Part shown: piece by piece, positions 50,463-59,670 of the stretch
How positions within the stretch are numbered: position 1 is the stretch's first letter
Layout of the letters: each line of letters begins with the position of its first letter
Source of the DNA: Lama glama
Lineage: Eukaryota
Assembly (NCBI GenBank): GCA_028534125.1
Contig: CM052832.1
Span: 34,596,001 to 34,660,000, forward strand
Reading direction: 5' to 3'
Length of the DNA stretch: 64,000 nucleotides
Position numbers and translations under genes: made by a program
The notes under the pieces: generated by a model
Seen by the model: only the letters and a program-made list of their open reading frames with translations
What the model was told of the DNA's origin: nothing
Databases searched by the model: none

Positions 50463-51982
50463 CAGAAGCCCTGGGACGGTGGTGCTCTCTGGGCGGTGGG
50501 ACTGTGACACTATCGTTTTTCATTGTTGCTTTTCTGATTTTTAAATTATTTTTCCACTGTTAATGTACCACTTGCTTAACGAAATTACCTTGTGAGGGCC
50601 ATGTTCCCAGGGCTGACACTTTGTGTTTGAGTTTGGCTCTAGAACTTCACTTCCTCAAACGTCAAACAAGATGAACTAATTTTTAAAATTTCGTTGATTT
50701 CAGAACCTTCTTTAAAATACAACCCACAGGCTGAAGGGACCAAGCCAGGCTGGAGAGGTGCCCTGATCTGAAAGGCCGAGGAGCTTCAGCCCGTCCTAAG
50801 TGACCGTGCAGGCTCACCACGAGGGACGGCGGTCCTCTGCTGAGCTGGCGAGGCTGGGACTTAGCTGAACTGTGTGCCCAGGGAAACCCACAAAAGCCTC
50901 TTGTTCCTCAATGGCAGGTTTTGACACTCAGACAACCCACATCACTGTCTCGAGCCTCCCCTTCGACTTCTGCTGCTCTGAGCCCCAGGAGTGGGTGTCG
51001 GCCACTAGAGGTTTCATTTCATTGAACGTCATCAGAAATCACGAGGTCACAGGGATATAAATAGCTATCTATTTCCTACTCTTCAGGGACCCACACAAGC
51101 CTGAGGTGTTCAAGAAAAGGGTTTGAAAGTTTCTAAAAACACACACAGGCCTTTCTGTTCAGAAGCCCCTCCTCCCTGAAACGTCCAGGGCCGGCGAGAC
51201 TCCTGCAGAGCCGCGGCACCAGGAAGGTCCGTGCGTGGAGGCCCAGGCCCCTGGGGGCGAGGACAGCCCAGCTCTCACCTCCCGGAACCTCGAGAACTCG
51301 GCTTACACTTTCTGTGGCTCATCTTCAAAGAGGCCGGGGGCAAGGCGGGGGGCTTAGCTATTCAGTTTTAATATTAACACAAATCCCACCTAAAAAAATC
51401 AGAACATTATCTAAAAACAAACACACATACACCACGCAAGTGCAGTGAGCCTTGGGGTGCCTTCCTTAAAACAGGCATGGTCTCCAAGCTGCAGGGAGTC
51501 TTTTAGAAATGAAACTTTAAAAACCAGATCGAATCCATGTTTGTCTGCAGGACACATCAAGTTCAGGGAGGCCACCACGCTTGTCTCCTCGGGCAGCGCA
51601 CACAGTGAGAAGGACCCAGGGCTAGTGTCCGCGGGAAGCTGACGAAGGCCCCTGGTTGCTCTTTCTAGGAGCCCCGCGCTCTGCTCTGAGGAGCCTACCG
51701 TGCCGCGAGGGTGCCGGCTGCAGAGGGCCTGGAGGAATGCACCGGGGGTCTGCACACTCCTGCAAGGTCAGCCTCCAGCGGGGCCAGGTGGGACCAGCGG
51801 TGGAGGCAGATTAGAGGAATGACCAGGATCGGAGCCCTCCTCCCCTTGCTAACCTTCCAACCTCGCTCACGGTCGGGGGTCAGGGGCGTCACTGCTCCGG
51901 GCCCAGCTGTGCTCACTGACCCCTCAAATCCACCCAGACGCGAGGGGAGCCTGCAGACGCCGCCTCGGGGCCCCCCACTCAC

Positions 51983-52090
51983 CTGAGAGCGCCAAGGCTT
52001 CAGCAGACCTTATGCTTGGCTCTATGGGGATCCCGGGGGCCTGGGACTCAGGCGGGGCACAAGCATAGAAGGTTCCTGTCACCTGGCAAC
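51983..52090 (-). CDS. IRF4: IRF4 exon 6
   Basis: tacag| ... |gtgagt; 108 nt; (G)CQVTGTFYACAPPESQAPGIPIEPSIRSAEALALS(D); absent from the ORF track, translated by hand. Confidence 0.96.
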
Positions 52091-53624
52091 CTGTATTTGC
52101 AAAGAAGAATCAGATGGCAGCCAGACAGTCCATCCAGCCCCGCAGGGTGTGTCCAGTCAGCCCCTGGGGTGCACCAGCCTGGGCGGAAGGGCTCGGGCCC
52201 TCCAGAGCCACAAGACAAGCTGGCATCCAGCCGGGAGACCAGGGTTGAAGGAGGAATGCACTTTCTCACTGAAGGAGACTTGGCGTCTCCCTGTTTTCTT
52301 CCTCCCTCCGTCCCTCATTTCCCTTTGGTTGGCTAACACCTCCTCACCTCACAGAAGGCCTGTGGGCCTGTGTGTGAGTTTGCTGAGAGAAAAGACCTAC
52401 CTTCCTGGCAACTCTCAATCTATGCCCTCGGACCCACATTCCTCCACGACTGACGTGCAGGGAAACTGGGGCTCAGACAGACGGCGGGGTTCGCCCCCGT
52501 TCACACAGCAGGTGCACAGCAGAGCTGTGAGCCCAGCTTAAAGAGCCTGATTAAAAAGAAGCCCCTACAAACTGCTCAGCCCACGTTTACTTAGCTTGCT
52601 GCTCATGGGTTTGGGGGAAAACTGGACCTTGTCTCTTGCCAGCAACGTTAATAGAGAAAGAACATGCAGTAGAACCCGATTTTGCTGGAGCTTCACTTAA
52701 TGTCGCCTGTGCTTCAAGGTATGTCTGCCTCACACACCCTGTCCCAGCTCCAGGTGGTGCCTCTTCACGCAGGTCACTAGTCTAGAGGTGCTGGCGCACT
52801 GGACATAGGTCTAGACTCTGGAAACCAGTCCAACGTCAGTTAACTCCTTCACTACATGGAAAGCCGACTTTGCTGCGAATCACTCTGGAAAAGCTATTAA
52901 AACCAAAATCTGAGCTTTTTAATAAACATGTCATGCAATACTAATCTGAAATAACCGTATATGTCGCCAATACCACAAGCCAAGAGTGACCGGGACGTGA
53001 CCAGAGAAAGAAGCAAATACTCCTAGAACATACAAAAGGATCTGTATGTTGACCAGTCTTAGAATTTCCACTCGGATAACTAACTCGGAAGTCCTAAAAG
53101 CTTGTGCTTTGATGTACTGAATCATACCATGTGAAATCTTCTCTGCACTTAGCAAGTCAGTGCTTCTGCGGCAAGATCTCATCTCGGTGTCTGGGGAAGG
53201 CTCTGGGCAAGCACTTCCAATCCAGACCAAACCGGCCCCAGCCAGGGGCTCGGGGGGCCTTTTACGTCCTCCTGACAGTGCTCATTCACTCCCTTCTTAT
53301 TGTCGCCCTAGCCCAGCAACAACTCGGTGGGCACGACTGCCGTGTAGGAGAAACACGCTGGGGCAGCGACCTCCCAGTGTCCCTGTGGAGGGAGGGCACG
53401 GGCACAGCTGCCATGTGCTGGTTTCACAGACACGTGGACAGGAACAGCCAGCATTAAGGGACAATTCCGTCTTCTCTGGGGAGACTGCCAAAATCTACTA
53501 CTTTTTCCCCAAGGTTGAAAACGAAGTTTAAGATTATTCAGGGAGGAAGAAACATGCTACCTTACTAAGCAGATAATTTAAGAAATACTGCCAACCAGTT
53601 TGAAATCTGACATCTTCTGTCTTA

Positions 53625-53815
53625 CGTGGCTGGACTTTGGGGTTAGGAGGCCTGACACTGAATCCCAGCCCTCCACTCTCACTGGGTAACTTTGGGCACG
53701 TTGCTTACATGGTGTGAGCTTGCACCTATAGAAACAGGGGCCTGGAAGGACCCCTGCAATGTTTAAAGAAGATTCCAGGAGGCAGCGCTGAGCCTAAGTC
53801 CTGGCACACGCAGGC
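53625..53815 (+). mobile_element. MIR fragment
   Basis: ggactttggggttagg...tgaatcccagccctccact...actttgggcacgttgctt...cctggcacac. Confidence 0.65.
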
Positions 53816-53974
53816 CAGGCGTCAGTGACCTTCAGTATCCCTCCTCTGGGGTCCCCTCCTCTCCTTCACTGCAGGGGGTGCCTTTCCCAGCAGCTCTGAG
53901 GAGGGACTGCCCAGAGGACAGGCCAGGAGGGGCAGGCCTTCTGGCCACAGGAGCTGTCCCAGTGCCCTCCTTAC

Positions 53975-54119
53975 CATTTTCACAGGATGGGCCTTGCCAG
54001 TGGTGGCTGCGGGGTCCAAAGGCCACAGGACACTGGTACGGGATCTCTGGGTGCGGCTGATCAGGGACGAACTCCCTCCAGCCTCGGTCGTGGGGCGGGA
54101 TCATGTAGTTGTGAACCTG
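53975..54119 (-). CDS. IRF4: IRF4 exon 5 (tandem CAGCAG acceptor; alternative start 54116)
   Basis: ctccag|CAG|GTT ... |gtaagg; 145 nt; QVHNYMIPPHDRGWREFVPDQPHPEIPYQCPVAFGPRSHHWQGPSCEN(G). Confidence 0.96.
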
Positions 54120-54299
54120 CTGGAGGGACCAGAGTGGAGCTTGAGGGGAGCCACCAGCTCAGGGGGCGGCCTCGAGGAGTCCTGCAAACTCCTCGGGAAC
54201 CTCTTGTGTGGCCGGCGGCCAAATTGTCTTATCATCCGAGAAGGCTTGGTGGAAACTCGCCACGAAGAACGAAAAGCACAGTGGAGACAGTGTTGTAAA

Positions 54300-54440
54300 G
54301 CTCATCACATGGTTAAACCTGCACCAGACGCGCTGCCGGGAAATGCGTCTTCTCCCACCCAGCAGAGCGGATCAAACAGAGCTGTAATTCACAGCAGTTG
54401 AGTCTGCAGGGATCATCTGCCCTGTGGTTTCACATGATAA
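54300..54440. promoter_or_regulatory. IRF4: Ortholog of the IRF4 intron-4 melanocyte enhancer (human rs12203592 region)
   Basis: 54322-54372 aligns without gaps to the recalled 51-nt human SNP flank; orthologous base 54347 is 383 nt from the exon 4 donor (human recalled as c.492+386); M-boxes TCACATGG 54305-54312 and TCACATGA 54430-54437. Confidence 0.7.
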
Positions 54441-54729
54441 AGCCCTGGTTCCAGAAGCTTTGACTTCCACAAAAGGCCTGTTTCCCAGATTTCAGCATCC
54501 GTAGTAGCATCTGGCCAACAGGCAGACACTCCCGCCCTCCTCCGCCTGAAACCTGCTCCCACGGCAACACCAGGTGGGAAGCCAGGCAGTCACCCAGTGG
54601 CCCAGGGTTTGCCTTGGCTGTTTGACTAAGAGCAAAAATGAAGTTCTGCTGTTTTGTCTTGGGTCTCTTCCGCTGTGTGTGCCTCACACAGACCCAGCCT
54701 CCCCTTCCTGAAGCCCTGCCCTCCCATAC

Positions 54730-54818
54730 CTGAGCCGGGAGTGGGGTGTAAGGTGCTGTCACGCTGTAGGGGTGGCTCATGGGCAGCTGTGGGTCCTCCA
54801 GGGCCAGCTGCTTTGCTC
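54730..54818 (-). CDS. IRF4: IRF4 exon 4
   Basis: tcag| ... |gtatgg; 89 nt; (G)AKQLALEDPQLPMSHPYSVTAPYTPLPAQ. Confidence 0.96.
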
Positions 54819-55069
54819 CTGAGTGTTTAGGCAGAAGGGAAGTGCACAGAGTGAAAAAGGGAACTGACATGACTAAACGTCAAATCTTAGAAAAATACCT
54901 GAGGGTTTAATTCCTAGAATGCATAACATTGTTGACAAATAAGGCATTTTTTTGCAATTCCCTTGGGCATTATTTGTCCAGGCCATTAAACTGGTTCCCG
55001 CGAGGTCCAACGCGTGTAGGGCAAGGAGGGAAGTGGGTGAAGCCATGGGCCATGAGCCTTGTGACGTGA

Positions 55070-55230
55070 CGGGCCCAGCAAATACGCTGCTGGTGAGGTC
55101 ACCTTGTGGTTTAAATGGCAGACTCCTGGGCTCTGTTTTGACACACTGGTCAGAATCTTGGAAAGTGGGAATCTGAATATTAATAAGCACCCAAGTTGAC
55201 CATGGCACACTTTGAAGTTGACACTTTTAT
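55070..55230. mobile_element. MER5-like (hAT-Charlie) fragment
   Basis: gcagactcctgggctc...tcagaatct...ggaatctgaatattaataagcacccaagt. Confidence 0.55.
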
Positions 55231-55591
55231 TAAGATGAATGGCAACAACATCTGGACTGTGTGCGCCTCCCTTCTACAAAACAGTTAATCATGAGAGAAC
55301 TGATAGAGAAGTAACGGTTCGAACAGCCTTTTCATTTTTGGTTTGGAAATTTGGCCCACATCTTAGCAGAACTGGAAAACATACATGCACGCACACACAG
55401 GTAGAGACTTGGAGTCTGAGAAATTAGCCTGCGCTGGAGAATTTCCATGTGTGACCCAAATAGCTTGCTGGGCTTGAATGGGAGGCTGAGGCTGGCAGAC
55501 AGGCTACAAAAAAACCAAGACCAGAAAAAGAGGCCCCGAGATTGAAATTAAGGCGTTAAAGTGGCGGCAGCCCCAGTCCAGGAAGCCCTAC

Positions 55592-55778
55592 CTTTCTTGG
55601 CGCCCTCGGGGACGATCCTGTACACTTTGTAGGGGTCCGAGATGTCCAGCTGGCTCCGCTCCACCAGCTCCTCGAAGTCGTTGCTCTTGTTCAGAGCACA
55701 TCGCAAACGTGTCTTCCAGGTAGGAGGGTCTGGCTTGTCGATGCCTTCTCGAAACTTTCCTTTGAATAGTGCCCAAGC
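55592..55778 (-). CDS. IRF4: IRF4 exon 3 (DNA-binding domain, C-terminal half)
   Basis: ccag| ... |gtaggg; 187 nt; AWALFKGKFREGIDKPDPPTWKTRLRCALNKSNDFEELVERSQLDISDPYKVYRIVPEGAKK(G). Confidence 0.98.
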
Positions 55779-56725
55779 CTGGGTGGAAGGAAGAGGGGGG
55801 AGGGTAAAATGTAGATCTTTCAGAAAAGAATCTGTGAACTGTATTTCTAAAGGAAAGAACAGTGTTAGGGCTTCAGATTCACAGGGTTGCCAGAACTGTG
55901 GAACAGAAAGATGCCAGGTTTTTGTGAAAGGTGCGTGAGGCTGCAGGACCCCTGGAAAGGGCCCCGCCCACCCAGCGTCTGAAGCGGGATAGGTTGGAAG
56001 TAGGGGCAGAGCTGTGGGGCGAGGGGCCGCCCACAGAGCACCTCTGGCCATCATTCGATCTGAGATGCTCTGAGGCAAGTTCCCTGAGGAAGTCCCCTCT
56101 GCTCTGCCCACAGGTGGTAGGGCTGAGTCTGAAAGCACAGGTCACTGGGTAAACTGCCCAAGGGGGAAGCGGTCATGACAGGGACACACACGGGGGGCGA
56201 GGGCAAACCGGTAGAGAGAGGCCCAAACAGAGGCCCTGAGAGGGAGAGAGAAGAAGAGGGTAGGCGCGAGAGCCTGCGAAAACTTCCCGGAGAGAAACTT
56301 GGAGAGACCGAGTCGGACCGAGATGACAGAGGGAGAAACACTGAAAGGGAAGGGCCCGAGAGAGCCGGGGGAGAGAGTGCAAGTCAGAGAGGGAGACGCG
56401 CCGAAGGGAAAGCGCCCGGAGCGGAGCCGGAGCGAGCACAACGGAGACGCAGGCCCCGGCGCCCGCGGCGCTGCCGGCAGGGGACGAGCGCCACGCGCGC
56501 GGGTCAGCCGCGGCGAGGAGGGCTCCGGCGCTCACCGGGGGGCTCCGGCGGAAGCAGAGGCGCCGTCTTTGGACGGCCCCACCGCCGGGAGAGCCCCCCG
56601 CGTCCGACCCCCCGGGTTCCGCGCGCGCCCCACGCGCCTCCCTCAGAGAGACTGAAGCCCCCCCCCCTTCCCACAGGGCCTCGCCCGCGTGCCCCTCCCC
56701 GCTGGGGGCCGCAGCCGGGCGCCGG

Positions 56726-56897
56726 NNNNNNNNNNNNNNNNNNNNNNNNNNNNNNNNNNNNNNNNNNNNNNNNNNNNNNNNNNNNNNNNNNNNNNNNNNN
56801 NNNNNNNNNNNNNNNNNNNNNNNNNNNNNNNNNNNNNNNNNNNNNNNNNNNNNNNNNNNNNNNNNNNNNNNNNNNNNNNNNNNNNNNNNNNNNNNNN
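56726..56897. other. Assembly gap (172 N) inside IRF4 exon 2
   Basis: N run interrupts the reading frame after MSAVSC. Confidence 0.99.
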
Positions 56898-56955
56898 CGC
56901 AGCTCACGGCGCTCATGCCGAAGTCCCCGCCGCGGCCGCTGCCCTCCAGGTTCAT
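56740..56955 (-). CDS. IRF4: Interferon regulatory factor 4, coding part of exon 2 (ATG at 56955; 3' part hidden in N gap, end coordinate inferred)
   Basis: MNLEGSGRGGDFGMSAVSC read directly from 56955-56898; acceptor cctgcag| puts the exon start near 57017; the 3' end at 56740 assumes a 216-nt coding length as recalled for human. Confidence 0.85.
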
Positions 56956-58123
56956 GCCCCGTGCGCAGACACCGTCCTCCCGCACGCCCGGGATCCGCCT
57001 CCCGCGCTCGCTCTGGGCTGCAGGGGAGAGGAGGGCCGCCCTCCGGCAATGACCACGAGGCCCCGGAGGCTCTGAGGTGGCGGGGCGAGCGCTACCGAGT
57101 CGGCGTTGCCGACGGCCCCCAGAGAAGGCACCTTCTCAGCGGGCCCGGGCTCCTGCCCTGGGCGCCACAGTCCCGCCGCCTCCCCAGTCCACCCTCCTAC
57201 CCAGCTTTCTGGACTCTCCATTCCTGTGACGCGCCCGCAGCACAAGCGCTGCCCAGACACGCAGCTCTAGCCTTCGCGCGCCCTCGCCGGTCCAGCCGCC
57301 ACGACGCGTGGCACTCCGTTTCTGCACTCACTCGTAGTTTCCGCCCCTCCGCCCATTCTCAAGCCGTGGCCAGTCAGGTCCCCTCTTGCTGTCAGTTTCC
57401 ACTCTTGCCCACTCCTGAGTTCCCGCTCCCTTGGTGGCCCCGCGTGCCAAGGATCTCGCATCTCAGGTGCGCCGCACCCAACAACTGCTCCACTCTTTGC
57501 CCCAAGAATGCCCTTGAGCCCCAGGCAGCGAGCAAAGATTAAGTGGGTCCCAGGAGCCACAGGCTGCGGAGACTCAGCCTCTTAGCGGGAGACCCCCGCG
57601 CGCAGAGCGTCAGCGGGACATGGAGACCGGCAAGGGAGAGTGGAGGCGGGGAGGGCGGGGGGTGGGTGGGTGGGGAAGGTGAGGGGGTCAAGGAGAGCAG
57701 GGCCCGGGTGGCCTAAATCTGGGGCTCCTCCTCTTCCATCACCAACCGGGAAGCCACGAGCCGGAGGCCCCGGTGAGTCTGAGCTCCTCAAGAACGAGAG
57801 GCAGAAGAAGCCTCGGGAGTAAGGGCTGTCCCCCGCGGGAAAGCCTGGCAGCTCCACCTCGGCCAGTCCTGGGCCCCCGTTACCCCACGCGGTCCGGCGC
57901 GTGGCCTCCTCGGGCCCGGGCTGGGTCGGCCCAAGGACGGCGGGGCCAAGCGGGAGTCCCCGGGGTGGGCGTCGGGGCTCCCTCGAGGGTCGTGCTCCCT
58001 CCCGGCTCCGAAGCTGGGGTGCCCTGCGCTGCCCTCGAGATGGACCCCAGGACCTCTGGTCTCTCGCCGGGCTCGCTGTGATGCCCTGCTCGCAGCGATG
58101 CTCCTGCCCGACCCAGGTCTTAC

Positions 58124-58193
58124 CTCGCCCCGGACTCGGAGTTGAGGGCCGCACTGAGCACCACGTTCAAGCAGTGAAACTAACCCGCGAGGT
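58124..58193 (-). other. IRF4: IRF4 non-coding exon 1 (5' end approximate)
   Basis: Minus strand ACCTCGCGGGTTAGTTTCAC...TCCGAGTCCGGGGCGAG|gtaaga resembles my recollection of human IRF4 exon 1; strong donor; lies just downstream of a TATA-like box and GC boxes. Confidence 0.8.
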
Positions 58194-58205
58194 GGGAAAG
58201 AGGAA

Positions 58206-58470
58206 CTTTATAAGCTTAAAAGCCCCGCTCGGGGCGGGGCCTGGGGCGGGGCGAGCCTGCTGCGCCCGCGGGCGGGGGTGGGGGCCACGGGCCGGGGCGG
58301 GGCCGGGCCGGGGCGGGGCTGGGGGCTGCCGGCCCCGAGCCCAGCGCGTGGCGAAGGGTGGGGGGGCCGCGGGCGGCGAGCTGGGCCCGCAGCAGAGCCT
58401 GGGGCGGGCTGGGGACGCACCACGAGTTGGGCGCACCGGTCCGGGAACTTCACTCGGGCGGTTTCCTGCG
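58206..58470 (-). promoter_or_regulatory. IRF4: IRF4 core/proximal promoter: TATA-like box, GC boxes, kB-like site
   Basis: TATAAAG on - at 58212-58206; repeated GGGGCGGGGC Sp/KLF boxes from 58231 to ~58320; GGGAACTTCA at 58443-58452 matches GGGRNYYYCC at 9/10. Confidence 0.7.
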
Positions 58471-59540
58471 AAGGGCAAGGCGCGAATAGGGACCTCGCCT
58501 CCGCGCTGGGGCTGCAGGAGGCCCGCGGGTTAACTAGGAACAGCGAAAAGACGGCAGCGCTGCCGAGGCGGGAAGTGGGGGGCGTGAAGGAGCCGGAATT
58601 TGGTGCGACGGGGGCTTGGCCTGCAGAGCGCTGTGACCAAAGACGGAGGGCTGCCCACCTCGAAGAACTGTGAGTGGGTGGGGGGCACCCTGGCACCGCC
58701 GCTGTCACCGAGGCCCCGCCCCTCCACGGTATTTACAGAACATCGTACTTGTTGAAAAGAAGAAAGGAAACGGCCCGGATCCCTTGAGCTACAAACTGCC
58801 GCGCACACGCCGTCTGCACGTTCGAGAAGCTCACAGACCTCTGCGTCTTGGGCAGGTGGATGGAGGTGACTCAGACGGCGCACGGTGCCCAGTGCCCAGA
58901 GTTCTAGCTACGCCGCGGGGAAGAGCGGGGAGAGTCTCCAAGTACCTAGTGGCTCCCGGGCTGCAGCCCCCCTCACAGGGACCTAGTTTTAACCTCAGCC
59001 GATAGGAGACAACTTACCAGCGGGGCATGAACGTCCGGAGTAGGACTCACATTTAAGTGGAGCAATTTTCCCTGATTCTCCAAAATCTCCTTAGTATCAA
59101 AATTAACTCCCCGAGCACCTGCCCACTCGACTCCCCCCAGAGCATCTCGGATGCTTTGGCACGTTTGTGTTGTAGGTAGCGATTTCAGGTAAAACGTCAG
59201 ATCACTGGTTTCTGTATGATTTTAGACCACCACCACCCCAGGTCAACTTGCAACTTTTGAAAAACTTTTGATTTCACTTATTTCTCAGTTTTTCTTTTAA
59301 TCTTGTGTATTGGCCCACTGTCTCCTACCCAAAGAACCAACTAAGTTAAGGCTGGAACAAAACAGGCAAGAGGCACAGAGTGACATGCTTTTCCTCAAAC
59401 CAGAGACTTTCTCAGAAATTAACAGGATGCCACACTTTTATTCAGTCAAGTTAAGTTTTCCATTATCAGAGTCTCTGTAATAAACAACAGGGTTTTTTCA
59501 AAGAAATTTCTGGCCGCAGCCTGTTTTTCTTCCTTTCTTC

Positions 59541-59670
59541 TTTCATTGATCCGTTCATTCAACAAATATTTTCTGAGCACCTGCTACCTGTCAGGAGCCG
59601 TTGGAAGCACTCGGGACACTTCAGCGAGCAAGGTGAAGACTGCTGCCTCCACGTGGCTTTGCATTTTAAT
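59541..59670 (-). mobile_element. L2 3' end
   Basis: ttcattcaacaaatattttctgagcacctgctacctgtcagg is the classic antisense L2 terminus. Confidence 0.8.

Larger units (their letters stand above)
56380..58950. promoter_or_regulatory. IRF4: CpG island over the IRF4 promoter, exon 1, intron 1 and exon 2
   Basis: Very dense CpG and GC content by eye; boundaries approximate. Confidence 0.85.

Noticed and set aside
56956-56985. In-frame GTG ten codons upstream of the IRF4 ATG (possible N-terminal extension)
   Set aside because: Near-cognate codon without +4 G; the ATG at 56955 gives the known N-terminus and there is no evidence the GTG is used.
56175-57542. 455-aa ORF antisense to IRF4 exon 2
   Set aside because: Runs through 172 N and a CpG island where stop codons are scarce; low-complexity R/P/G/A content with no recognisable domain.
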